A stretch of DNA of 64,000 nt, taken from the IMG/VR virus record IMGVR_UViG_3300042564_004235. One strand, given 5' to 3'. Numbering within the stretch: the first letter of the stretch is position 1; each line of letters starts with the position of its first letter. Positions 9,203 to 16,851 of this stretch are shown here, one piece after another. This DNA is from a virus (Duplodnaviria > Heunggongvirae > Uroviricota > Caudoviricetes). A program made the position numbers and the translations under genes. Below the pieces are notes generated by a model that was given only the letters and a program-made list of their open reading frames with translations, did no database searches and had not been told where the DNA came from.

Positions 9203-9719
9203 CTATTTTAGCGTGTACTTCTCTATGACAGTTTGCACAAACAAGAACACACTTGTCCAACTCAGATTTTACTATATCGTTAAATGAATACCTTTTTAAA
9301 CTGGATAAATTAAAATCTTTTTGTTTCGGATCTGTATGGTGGAATTCTAACGCACCTGTATACTTATCATACCCACATATTTGACAAGAACCACCTTTAT
9401 AATCAACCATTTGTTTTTTAAGTTTTTGCATTCTATTTAAAGACTGATCAGACGTACAAATTTTACAGTATGTTGATGAAAATTCAACCCCTCTACGTTT
9501 ATAGAACTGATCGGAAGGTAAGACCAACTTACATTTAGGACATTTTCTTTCAGGATTAACTCCTTTTTTCTCATTATATTTAAACTGGACATGCTTAGAC
9601 TCCAAACTATTTTTTTTAGCCCAATACCTAACAGTGGTTAATGATTTACCTGTTTCTTTACTAATTTGATTAAAAGATTTACCATCTTCAATAAATTTTT
9701 CTAACTCTTCTTTTTTCAT
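9165..9719 (-). CDS. HNH homing endonuclease with N-terminal HTH
   Basis: HTH-like SFNQISKETGKSLTTVRYWAKKN. HNH motif LEFHHTDPKQK...CVLVCANCHREVH. Last ~12 codons overlap tRNA-Arg on the opposite strand. Confidence 0.7.
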   Translation of the reverse strand: MKKEELEKFIEDGKSFNQISKETGKSLTTVRYWAKKNSLESKHVQFKYNEKKGVNPERKCPKCKLVLPSDQFYKRRGVEFSSTYCKICTSDQSLNRMQKLKKQMVDYKGGSCQICGYDKYTGALEFHHTDPKQKDFNLSSLKRYSFNDIVKSELDKCVLVCANCHREVHAKIVVPPGLEPGIED

Positions 9720-9919
9720 AGTTTAATGGATTATATTATATAAATATCCAACTAAACTAAAAAAGTTGATTATAATAAAAAAAATATTTATATTTTTAAT
9801 ATGGAAGAAATCTTTGAACAATTACACCAAGAATTTATTAATTCAGAAGAATTTATAAAATATCTTAAAGAACTTGACGAATATTCAGAAAAATATGTAT
9901 CTTTGTAAAAATAAACAAA

Positions 9920-10219
9920 ATGAACAAAGAACTTGTCTCCCTATTTTTCTCAATGACTCACGAATCTGACGAACTACTTGAAGTATTCAATAAGAAACAA
10001 CTATTAGATTTTTACATCAATGGATGTGAATTAAGACTTCGTATGGAAGGACGTTTGGAGAATTTTGAAAAGTTCAATAAAGAAACGGGAGTTGAGTTCA
10101 GCGCTTTGATCTCAAACAAATTTCACTTAGCAAAACAACTTCACGTATTAAAAATAGCCTTAGAAAAACTTGGAGTTAAAGGTTTAGAAGAAGATCAATA
10201 CGCAATGTTAAATAATTAA
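9920..10219 (+). CDS. hypothetical protein
   Basis: 99-aa ORF. A -7 box tatctttgtaaaaa sits ~12 nt upstream of the ATG. Confidence 0.5.
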   Translation: MNKELVSLFFSMTHESDELLEVFNKKQLLDFYINGCELRLRMEGRLENFEKFNKETGVEFSALISNKFHLAKQLHVLKIALEKLGVKGLEEDQYAMLNN

Positions 10220-10509
10220 TGAAATCATTTAAAGACATAGAATTTAAACCACATTCTTTTGGTGAGGGTGTACACGGACTATTATTTTTCCCAAATGGTT
10301 ATGGGGTGTCTGTTGTTAGATATAAAAACCCAATATCCAAAAGTTTTTCTTCCTACACATCAAATGATAGTGAATGGGAAGTTGCGATAATTTATGGTAA
10401 TAAAAAAGATTGGGAAATATCTTACAACACACATATTACTAATGACGTACTAGGACATTTAACTGAAGGTGAGGTTGATTGGGTTATGATTCAAGTTCAA
10501 GAACTATAA
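10219..10509 (+). CDS. hypothetical protein
   Basis: 96-aa ORF, start overlaps previous stop (TAATG). Confidence 0.5.
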   Translation: MKSFKDIEFKPHSFGEGVHGLLFFPNGYGVSVVRYKNPISKSFSSYTSNDSEWEVAIIYGNKKDWEISYNTHITNDVLGHLTEGEVDWVMIQVQEL

Positions 10510-10620
10510 GATATTTATAGATAACCTCTCAGGGATTTTGTTATTTTTACCCTATTGTCTAATACTCGGCCGTAAAAGCAATAAAGAAAAATTAACTCGG
10601 TAGTTGAGAATAACAAAGAA

Positions 10621-10680
10621 AATCACATGGTGTAATTGGTTAGCACAAAAATTGGTGTAGGTTTGAATCCTACTGTGATT
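10621..10680 (+). ncRNA. truncated tRNA-like element (no anticodon arm)
   Basis: Perfect 7-bp acceptor AATCACA/TGTGATT, canonical D-arm GTGT-AATTGGTTA-GCAC and T-arm GTAGG-TTTGAAT-CCTAC. Only ~10 nt lie where the anticodon arm and variable loop should be. Confidence 0.3.
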
Positions 10681-10709
10681 TCTTTTATCTTTTCCTATAT
10701 TTATTACAT

Positions 10710-11666
10710 ATGGAATTTAGACAGATATATTCACTTGCAAAAACTTTAGCCAATTTAGCCGAGTCCGAATTAAGTGATAAAGCAATAACAAGAACTAAAA
10801 TAAAACAATTGGCATCAAGTGACCATTTTGGTCAATTAATCATGTCAAAAGCACCAACAACTGCAGATAAACTTAAAATCATTATCACATCATGGTTTAT
10901 AATTAATAAGCCAAGACTTAAACCTGAAGACATCAATAGAATTATTAATAATCTTTATGTTTTAACAGTTGATATATATGATGAAATGGGTTATAAAAGT
11001 GAAACATGTGACGACTGTGCTGGTGATGGGTATTATGATTGTTCTAGTTGTGGTGGTAGTGGTGAACAAGATTGTAGATATTGTGATGGTGAAGGAACTG
11101 AAGAATGTTATGATTGTAGCGGTGAAGGATCTCAAGAGTGTAGGTATTGTGATGGTAAAGGAACTGAAATTGAAACAGAAGAAGATGATGAAGGGGACGA
11201 AGTTGAAGTTGAGGTAGAATGTGTTCATTGCGATGGTGAAGGTGCCGAAAGATGTGATTCTTGTGGTGGACAAGGAAATTTTAATTGTGGTACTTGTGAA
11301 GGTAGTGGTACTGAAAGTTGTGATTCTTGTGATGGAAATGGACACGAAGATTGTGATTATTGTGGTGGAAGTGGAGAAGTTGATAGTTATAATTATTATT
11401 ACAATATTGAAAGGGTTGATTATTTAATTCTTGGAAAAAGTTTAGAAAAATATATTGATAGACCAATAGAAAAAGATTTTTTTGATGATATTGAAAATGA
11501 AGATCCTTCTTTTGATTACTATATGATATTAAAATCAAATAACTATATGAGTGAAGAAGATGTTGATGATACAAGAGAACAATATGGTATGGAAGATAAT
11601 TTTGTAATTATTCAAGATATTAATAAACTCGAAGAACTTAGTATTAGAGTTCATGGACTTTCTTAA
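10710..11666 (+). CDS. Cys-rich repeat protein (CxxCxGxG repeats, DnaJ zinc-finger-like)
   Basis: At least 12 tandem CxxC(x)GxG motifs (CDDCAGDGYYDCSSCGGSGEQDCRYCDGEGTEECYDCSGEG...). Repetitive at DNA level. Acidic C-terminal half. Confidence 0.55.
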   Translation: MEFRQIYSLAKTLANLAESELSDKAITRTKIKQLASSDHFGQLIMSKAPTTADKLKIIITSWFIINKPRLKPEDINRIINNLYVLTVDIYDEMGYKSETCDDCAGDGYYDCSSCGGSGEQDCRYCDGEGTEECYDCSGEGSQECRYCDGKGTEIETEEDDEGDEVEVEVECVHCDGEGAERCDSCGGQGNFNCGTCEGSGTESCDSCDGNGHEDCDYCGGSGEVDSYNYYYNIERVDYLILGKSLEKYIDRPIEKDFFDDIENEDPSFDYYMILKSNNYMSEEDVDDTREQYGMEDNFVIIQDINKLEELSIRVHGLS

Positions 11667-11696
11667 CCATTAACATATTTATATAATAAAAAAATA

Positions 11697-11948
11697 ATGA
11701 AAAAAATAATTAGACTTACAGAATCAGATTTGGCAAGAATTGTTAGAAAGACATTAAAAGAAGATAAGGATAAAAATCCACTTTATAATGATATAAAAGA
11801 TATATTATGGGATTCATATGAATCTCAAGAATCTAAAGTATTTATATTAAGACAAATCGCTGATGAAATAGAAGGTGATATGGATTTAAGAAGTGACGTT
11901 TCAAAAAGATGGTCAAAAGAAAAGGAAGGACCGATAAATAGATTTTAA
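11697..11948 (+). CDS. leader-family small protein
   Basis: N-terminus [22 protein letters not shown]. Confidence 0.55.
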   Translation: MKKIIRLTESDLARIVRKTLKEDKDKNPLYNDIKDILWDSYESQESKVFILRQIADEIEGDMDLRSDVSKRWSKEKEGPINRF

Positions 11949-11956
11949 TAAAAAAT

Positions 11957-12649
11957 ATGAAAAAAATAATAAGACTTACAGAATCAGATTTAACAAGAAT
12001 TGTTAGACGAACAATAAATGAAATGGAGGATGAAGAAGACTATGGAACCATGAGAGGTAGATTTTTTGACGATGAGGATGAAGGCGACGAAGAGTGGGGT
12101 GAAACCGATATGGGTGAAGAAGAACTTCAAGATTTAATTGAAGAAGCAAGAGATTTTCTTGAAAATGAATGTGGATATGATTTACACGATATTAATTTAA
12201 TGGGCGAGGAAGATATTGTTGATGCTTTATATGATGAAGGTAATGATAATTTGGCTAACAATATTGAAAGTTTAATGGAAAAAGAAGGTTTTTATAATGC
12301 CGATGAGGACGAACCATACGATTCAATTGGAGGACACTCTGTTAATGATTTAAAGAAAGCATTTGCAAAAACAAAAGGAAGAGATGAAGAATTAGGTGAA
12401 GGGTTTGATGATTTTATTACCAAAAAAAGATTCAAAGACTACAACCCAAGAGAATTTAGAACAATTAAAAAAGATGATTACAAAAGAAATTTAAGACCAG
12501 GAATGAGAGACTTTGAAGGTACGGAATTAATGGGGTCGGAAGAAGAACCATTTGACGAATATAAAGATTTAAGTATGTATAATCCATATTATGATTCAGA
12601 TTTTGATGATGATGATTTTGAAGATTTTGATGACGAAGAATTTGTATAA
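11957..12649 (+). CDS. leader-family highly acidic protein
   Basis: N-terminus [22 protein letters not shown], then very D/E-rich with C-terminal [16 protein letters not shown]. Confidence 0.55.
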   Translation: MKKIIRLTESDLTRIVRRTINEMEDEEDYGTMRGRFFDDEDEGDEEWGETDMGEEELQDLIEEARDFLENECGYDLHDINLMGEEDIVDALYDEGNDNLANNIESLMEKEGFYNADEDEPYDSIGGHSVNDLKKAFAKTKGRDEELGEGFDDFITKKRFKDYNPREFRTIKKDDYKRNLRPGMRDFEGTELMGSEEEPFDEYKDLSMYNPYYDSDFDDDDFEDFDDEEFV

Positions 12650-12885
12650 AAAAATAATAAAAACACTTGTCAATTAAAAAAAAATACCTATATTTGTAGG
12701 GTAATTAAAACTTTTAGAAAAAACTATATATTTATAACAAGATGAGAACAACTAATAAACATATGAACATTTGTAACCCGAGCATTCAGTGGTCGTTTAA
12801 CGTGTATCGTACGCTTAAGTCACATAATAGGGCATTTTCATTTATGAGTTGATAAAGATTAACAAAAAATATAAAAGAAATATAA

Positions 12886-12917
12886 GACCCGAACTCAAAA
12901 CAGTTCGGGTTTTTTTA
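12886..12917 (+). terminator. rho-independent terminator
   Basis: gacccgaactcaaaacagttcgggtc hairpin followed by ttttttt. Confidence 0.6.
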
Positions 12918-12930
12918 TACCCAAAAATTT

Positions 12931-13003
12931 GGTTCCTTAGTATAGTTTGGTAATATCCCGGCTTTGTAACCCGGAGTCATCAGTTCGAACCTGATAGGAA
13001 CCT
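12931..13003 (+). tRNA. tRNA-Thr (TGT)
   Basis: Acceptor GGTTCCT/AGGAACC is perfect. D-arm GTAT-agtttggta-ATAT. Anticodon arm CCGGC-tTTGTaa-CCCGG has one C:C mismatch. T-arm ATCAG-TTCGAAC-CTGAT. Confidence 0.55.
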
Positions 13004-13043
13004 CAAAAAAAGAAAAAGTTCTTTGACATATTGGCTTCATAAT

Positions 13044-13115
13044 TCTCCCCTCGTCTAATTGGCAGGACACCTGGTTTTGGACCAGAGAATCAAGGTTCGA
13101 GACCTTGGGGGAGAT
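13044..13115 (+). tRNA. tRNA-Gln (TTG)
   Basis: Acceptor TCTCCCC/GGGGAGA, D-arm GTCT..GGAC, anticodon loop ttTTGga, T-arm CAAGG-TTCGAGA-CCTTG. Preceded by gttctttgacata. Confidence 0.6.
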
Positions 13116-13211
13116 CAATAAGGAAGATGAATCACAGCGGCCTGTGACCCCGTCTTGAAAACGGGCGGTACCGAAAGGTATTGGGATCGACACCTACTTC
13201 TTCCTCTATAA

Positions 13212-13286
13212 CGGGATGTGGACTAATTGGTAAGTCGCCACTTTTGGGAAGTGGACATCATCCAGGTTCGAGTCCTGGTATCCCGA
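13212..13286 (+). tRNA. tRNA-Pro (TGG)
   Basis: Acceptor CGGGATG/TATCCCG, D-arm GACT-aattggta-AGTC, anticodon arm CCACT-ttTGGga-AGTGG, T-arm CCAGG-TTCGAGT-CCTGG. Confidence 0.7.
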
Positions 13287-13344
13287 CTAATAATAAACAA
13301 ATAAAAATAAGTGTTATGGAAAGTGACAAGTATGACAAACAGAA

Positions 13345-13419
13345 GATCTCGTAGCTCAGTTGGTTTAGAGCACTCCACTTTTAATGGAGGGGTCGTGAGT
13401 TCGAGCCTCACCGGGATCA
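13345..13419 (+). tRNA. tRNA-Lys (TTT)
   Basis: Acceptor GATCTCG/CGGGATC, D-arm GCTC..GAGC, anticodon arm CTCCA-ctTTTaa-TGGAG, T-arm GTGAG-TTCGAGC-CTCAC. Confidence 0.75.
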
Positions 13420-13424
13420 CAAAA

Positions 13425-13460
13425 AAATTTGGTAGATTAAAAAAAAGTATTATCTTTGTA
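13425..13460 (+). promoter_or_regulatory. Bacteroidetes-type promoter (TTTG at -33, tatcTTTG at -7)
   Basis: aaaaaaatttggtagattaaaaaaaagtattatctttgta immediately before ATG 13463. Near-identical module at 18585-18625 and 19835-19872. Confidence 0.5.
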
Positions 13461-13462
13461 AT

Positions 13463-13678
13463 ATGAAAACAGTAAAAGAAATTAAGAAAGGACTACCAAA
13501 AGGAATGGTTAAAGTTGGTGAAGAATGTGAAAGAGCTATTGTACGATTAATAAAACAAGGACAAACTCAAGAACAAGCAACAAACACCGTTCTAAGACTT
13601 TTGAATGATAGTAAACCTTATTTAGAACAAGGAATGTACTCTACCACAATTGAAAGTATTAAAATGATAACATCATAA
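13463..13678 (+). CDS. hypothetical small protein inside the tRNA island
   Basis: 71-aa ORF with promoter module directly upstream. Confidence 0.45.
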   Translation: MKTVKEIKKGLPKGMVKVGEECERAIVRLIKQGQTQEQATNTVLRLLNDSKPYLEQGMYSTTIESIKMITS

Positions 13679-13681
13679 AAC

Positions 13682-13755
13682 ACACTCTTAGCTCAGATGG
13701 TAGTAGCGGTAGTATTACAAACTACAGGTCACAGGTTCGACCCCTGTAGGGTGTA
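13682..13755 (+). tRNA. tRNA-Val (TAC)
   Basis: Acceptor ACACTCT/AGGGTGT (one G:U), anticodon arm GTAGT-atTACaa-ACTAC perfect, T-arm ACAGG-TTCGACC-CCTGT. Confidence 0.7.
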
Positions 13756-13765
13756 CAAAAAATAA

Positions 13766-13851
13766 GGGAGAGTTGAGCAATTGGTTGGCTCAGCAGACTG
13801 TAAATCTGTCGTCGTGAGACCTTGGGGGTTCGAGTCCCTCCTCTCCCACCA
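13766..13851 (+). tRNA. tRNA-Tyr (GTA), type II, encoded CCA
   Basis: Acceptor GGGAGAG/CTCTCCC, anticodon loop ctGTAaa, 15-nt variable arm, T-arm GGGGG-TTCGAGT-CCCTC, 3' ACCA encoded. Confidence 0.75.
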
Positions 13852-13855
13852 CAAT

Positions 13856-13928
13856 GGACAAGTAGCTCAATTGGTAGAGCAATCGGCTGTTAACCGATAG
13901 GTTACAGGATCGTACCCTGTCTTGTCCG
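13856..13928 (+). tRNA. tRNA-Asn (GTT)
   Basis: Acceptor GGACAAG/CTTGTCC perfect, D-arm GCTC-aattggta-GAGC, anticodon arm ATCGG-ctGTTaa-CCGAT, T-loop ATCGTAC. Confidence 0.75.
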
Positions 13929-14004
13929 CAACCACCGAGAAGTGACTGACGAGTCCGCTGACGAGCTGAGGGGGTGGTTAAGAAATACCCCTAAATACGT
14001 ACCA

Positions 14005-14077
14005 GCTCACGTAGCTCAATTGGTAGAGCGCCGATCTGATACGTCGGAGGTAATGGGATCGTAACCCGTCGTGAACA
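14005..14077 (+). tRNA. tRNA-Ile (GAT)
   Basis: Acceptor GCTCACG/CGTGAAC (one C:A mismatch), canonical D-arm, anticodon arm CCGAT-ctGATac-GTCGG. Confidence 0.6.
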
Positions 14078-14135
14078 CAAAAAGGGGAATAACTAGTGTG
14101 GGTGCCCCAACTACTGCAGGAGTACCACACTCTAC

Positions 14136-14221
14136 GGAAGATAAACCTTGATGGCGATAGGGTCCGCCTGCTAAGCGAGATGTACCCGTAAGGGTGTTTG
14201 GTTCGATTCCAATGTCTTCCG
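14136..14221 (+). tRNA. tRNA-Ser (GCT), type II
   Basis: Acceptor GGAAGAT/GTCTTCC, anticodon arm TCCGC-ctGCTaa-GCGAG, long variable arm tgtACCCgtaaGGGTg, T-loop TTCGATT. Confidence 0.55.
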
Positions 14222-14226
14222 CAAAT

Positions 14227-14296
14227 GCCGATAGGAGAGGTTTCCGGTCCGGGCTCATATCCTGGATGTCATTGGGTTCGATACCCTTTATCGGTA
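14227..14296 (+). tRNA. tRNA-like, probable CAT anticodon (Met/Ile2), degenerate
   Basis: Acceptor GCCGATA/TATCGGT and anticodon arm CCGGG-ctCATat-CCTGG fold. D-arm and T-stem are weak (T-stem 3 GC pairs plus two U:U). Only 70 nt. Confidence 0.35.
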
Positions 14297-14302
14297 CTAT
14301 AT

Positions 14303-14376
14303 GGTGTATGTAGCTCAGTTGGTAGAGTGTCGTTCTGTGAAAGCGGAGGTCGTGGGATCGTGACCCATCATACACA
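14303..14376 (+). tRNA. tRNA-His (GTG) with G-1
   Basis: Extra 5' G before the perfect acceptor GTGTATG/CATACAC. Canonical D-arm. Anticodon arm TCGTT-ctGTGaa-AGCGG (2 G:U). Confidence 0.75.
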
Positions 14377-14382
14377 CAACAT

Positions 14383-14454
14383 ACCTTCGTAGCTTAATGG
14401 AAAAGCCTTAGAATACGAATCTAATGATTGGGAGTTCGACCCTCTCCGAAGGTA
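14383..14454 (+). tRNA. tRNA-Arg (ACG)
   Basis: Acceptor ACCTTCG/CGAAGGT perfect, D-stem GCTT/AAGC, anticodon arm TTAGA-atACGaa-TCTAA perfect, T-arm GGGAG-TTCGACC-CTCTC. Confidence 0.75.
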
Positions 14455-14457
14455 CAA

Positions 14458-14632
14458 AAGATGATAAGAAGCGTAGAATGACAGACGTGGAGAGACGTGT
14501 CGCAAGGGTACAAACTAAGGAAAGGTATTCAATCTTAATTGTATTGATGTAATAACCCAACTCTCTAATGGTGTGTGAAGCTTTGATAGAAGTAGCGGGA
14601 TTCCTGATAAAGTCATTCATCATCTTTTATTC
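14458..14632 (+). ncRNA. candidate structured RNA element in tRNA island
   Basis: About 175 nt non-coding between two tRNAs. Closed by an inverted repeat aaagatgat ... atcatcttt and ending in a T-run. No ORF. Confidence 0.2.
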
Positions 14633-14704
14633 GCCCCTTTCGTATAATGGAAGTACAACACTCTTCTAAGGTGTCAGGTCGGAGTTCGAGTCTCTGAGGG
14701 GGTA
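14633..14704 (+). tRNA. tRNA-Arg (TCT)
   Basis: Acceptor GCCCCTT/AGGGGGT (2 G:U), D-arm GTAT-aatggaa-GTAC, anticodon arm ACACT-ctTCTaa-GGTGT, T-arm CGGAG-TTCGAGT-CTCTG. Confidence 0.7.
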
Positions 14705-14742
14705 CGGATCCGATGTCGGTCCCGAGCTAGGTCGGGCAATTT

Positions 14743-14814
14743 GCGTCTCTGGTGTAATAGGTAGCATGATGGATTCCAAACCCATCGGTCAGGGTTCGAG
14801 ACCTTGGGGACGCG
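14743..14814 (+). tRNA. tRNA-Trp (CCA)
   Basis: Acceptor GCGTCTC/GGGACGC, anticodon arm ATGGA-ttCCAaa-CCCAT (one A:C), T-arm CAGGG-TTCGAGA-CCTTG. Confidence 0.65.
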
Positions 14815-14879
14815 CTAAAAATTTAATTTTGTTAATTAAAAAAAAATACTTATATTTGTTTTATTAAATATTAAAAAAT

Positions 14880-15314
14880 ATGACTTTAAAAATTTCTAAC
14901 ATACAAAAACAAAAATTTTATGATTTAGGACATAAATTACCAAAATGTATAAATCCTGGATGCAATAACAATGTTGCTGTAAGAAATTGGTCCAATTGGT
15001 CTTTTAAATCTGAATGTCCACGTTGCCAAAAGGCAAGAAAGAAGGGTGTTGTTATTGAGGGTATCACTATACATAAAAAAAAATATTGTGAAAATATAGA
15101 CGGTCATTTAGGTTTTATGTGTCCTGTTCCTAGTATAGAAAATTGGAAAGGGTTTGAGGTTGGATGTTTAGATTTAGATCACATAGATGGAGACCACAAT
15201 AACAATTCAGTAGAAAATGTTAAAACTTATTGTAAATTGTGTCACAATAGAAAAAGTATTGAGAGCGGTGACTGCTCTAATAAAAAAGATTCGGCAAGAA
15301 CATTTAACACATGA
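14880..15314 (+). CDS. HNH endonuclease
   Basis: Zn-ribbon Cys pairs CINPGC...CPRC. HNH core GCLDLDHIDGDHNNNSVENVKTYCKLCHNRK. Stop overlaps the start of the MTase gene in ATGA. Confidence 0.7.
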   Translation: MTLKISNIQKQKFYDLGHKLPKCINPGCNNNVAVRNWSNWSFKSECPRCQKARKKGVVIEGITIHKKKYCENIDGHLGFMCPVPSIENWKGFEVGCLDLDHIDGDHNNNSVENVKTYCKLCHNRKSIESGDCSNKKDSARTFNT

Positions 15315-16096
15315 AACAAAAAATTATATGTAAAGATTGTCTTTTAGGTATTAAAGACATTAAAAATGAAACAATACACTTAACTTGGACATCACCACCA
15401 TACTTTAATGCAAAATCTTATAGTACATGGGAAACATATGATGATTATTTATCGTTTCTTAAAGAAGTGTTTTCTGAAGTGTTTAGAGTAACTAAAGAAG
15501 GTAGAATGTGTGTTGTTAATTTATCTCCGGTAATAATACCTAGAGAAAATAGGAATTGTGAGAGTAAAAGATTACCAATACCCTTTGATTTTTTTCCAAT
15601 AATGAAAGAAATTGGTTGGAAATATTTAGATGATATTGTGTGGGTAAAACCTGAAGGAGCGGCAATAAATAGAAATGGAGGGTTTTACCAACATAGAAAA
15701 CCAGTTGCATATAAACCAAATTTAGTGTCTGAAGTAATATTTGTTTTTCAAAAACCGGCAAGTTTTCTTATAGATAAAGTTGTTAGATCTTATAAAGGTG
15801 AAATTTTAGAAAAATCACTGGTTAATGAAACTTATGAGAGGAGTAATGTTTGGACGATAAACCCCGAAACTAAATCAAAACATTTAGCACCATACCCTGA
15901 AGAGTTATCAGATAAAATTATAAAATATTATTCTTTTGTTGGTGATATTGTTTTAGATCCATTTTTAGGTTCGGGAACAACATTATTATCTTGTGAAAAA
16001 TTAGATAGGTTAGGTATTGGGTTTGATATACATGAGGAATACTGTGAAATGTGTACTGATAGAATTAATGATTGGGTTAATAAACATAAAAAATAA
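15311..16096 (+). CDS. DNA methyltransferase (beta-class N4C/N6A), second copy
   Basis: Motif IV LTWTSPPYFNA and motif I VLDPFLGSGTTLLSCEKLDRLGIGFDIHEEY. Confidence 0.85.
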   Translation: MKQKIICKDCLLGIKDIKNETIHLTWTSPPYFNAKSYSTWETYDDYLSFLKEVFSEVFRVTKEGRMCVVNLSPVIIPRENRNCESKRLPIPFDFFPIMKEIGWKYLDDIVWVKPEGAAINRNGGFYQHRKPVAYKPNLVSEVIFVFQKPASFLIDKVVRSYKGEILEKSLVNETYERSNVWTINPETKSKHLAPYPEELSDKIIKYYSFVGDIVLDPFLGSGTTLLSCEKLDRLGIGFDIHEEYCEMCTDRINDWVNKHKK

Positions 16097-16172
16097 GGAA
16101 CTATGGTGTAAGTATGGTGTGTCACGCTGGTCTGAAAAACCAGAGGTTGCGGTTCGACTCCGCATGGTTCCA
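16097..16172 (+). tRNA. tRNA-Phe (GAA)
   Basis: Acceptor GGAACTA/TGGTTCC, anticodon arm CTGGT-ctGAAaa-ACCAG perfect, T-arm TGCGG-TTCGACT-CCGCA. D-region is unusually long, with a direct 7-nt duplication atggtgt. Confidence 0.6.
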
Positions 16173-16188
16173 CAAAAAAATAGAAATA

Positions 16189-16644
16189 ATGAACAGAGTA
16201 TTTAGAACGGTTAACGGTGAAACAATTCCTGATGTGGTAAAACATACCTTAGATGTTCTAAAAGAATGTCCATGGGTGGAAGTACACATCGGTACAGACT
16301 CACAAAACCACAGAAGAAGTACCGTGTATGTTACGGTAATAGCTTATAGGTATGGGAATCGTGGTGTCCACTACATACTACATAAACAGAAAGTGAAAAA
16401 AATTAAAGACAAATGGACACGTCTTTGGAATGAGGCCGATTATTCAATTGAGGTTGCGGAATGGTTAACCAAAAAAGTAAAGGTACAAGTTGAGATTGAC
16501 TTAGATTATAATAGTCAAGAAAAACATTTCAGTTCAAAATTGGTTCAACCTGTTGTTGGGTGGGCAACATCTTTGGGGTATAAAACAAACATTAAACCCG
16601 ACAACCAAATTGCAACAAAAGCGGCAGATCACCACTGCCGTTAA
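16189..16644 (+). CDS. hypothetical protein
   Basis: Track ORF 16114.. runs through tRNA-Phe; first plausible ATG is 16189 (MNRVFRTVNGE). Contains a HIGTDSQ motif of unknown significance. Confidence 0.45.
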   Translation: MNRVFRTVNGETIPDVVKHTLDVLKECPWVEVHIGTDSQNHRRSTVYVTVIAYRYGNRGVHYILHKQKVKKIKDKWTRLWNEADYSIEVAEWLTKKVKVQVEIDLDYNSQEKHFSSKLVQPVVGWATSLGYKTNIKPDNQIATKAADHHCR

Positions 16645-16649
16645 TATAT

Positions 16650-16721
16650 GCTCAGGTGTCTGATAGGTAAAGTCCCGGTCTGCAAAACCGTGGTATGTGG
16701 GTTCAAATCCCTCCCTGAGCT
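16650..16721 (+). tRNA. tRNA-Cys (GCA)
   Basis: Acceptor GCTCAGG/CCTGAGC perfect, anticodon arm CCGGT-ctGCAaa-ACCGT, T-arm GTGGG-TTCAAAT-CCCTC. D-arm irregular. Confidence 0.6.
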
Positions 16722-16730
16722 CAAAAACAG

Positions 16731-16811
16731 GCCTTCGTGGTGGAACGGTAGACACATCCGGCTTAGACCCGGATTCCGAAAGGAGTGAGAGTTCGAGTCT
16801 CTCCGGAGGTA
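16731..16811 (+). tRNA. tRNA-Leu (TAG), type II
   Basis: Acceptor GCCTTCG/CGGAGGT, anticodon arm TCCGG-ctTAGac-CCGGA perfect, 13-nt variable arm, T-arm GAGAG-TTCGAGT-CTCTC. Confidence 0.75.
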
Positions 16812-16851
16812 CAAATCTTTATTATCAACATATTTATATTAAAATGTTGAT

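Noticed and set aside
13929-13975. Hammerhead ribozyme (two CUGAnGA boxes)
   Set aside because: No correctly placed GAAA box or stem III; the boxes are tandem rather than flanking stem II.
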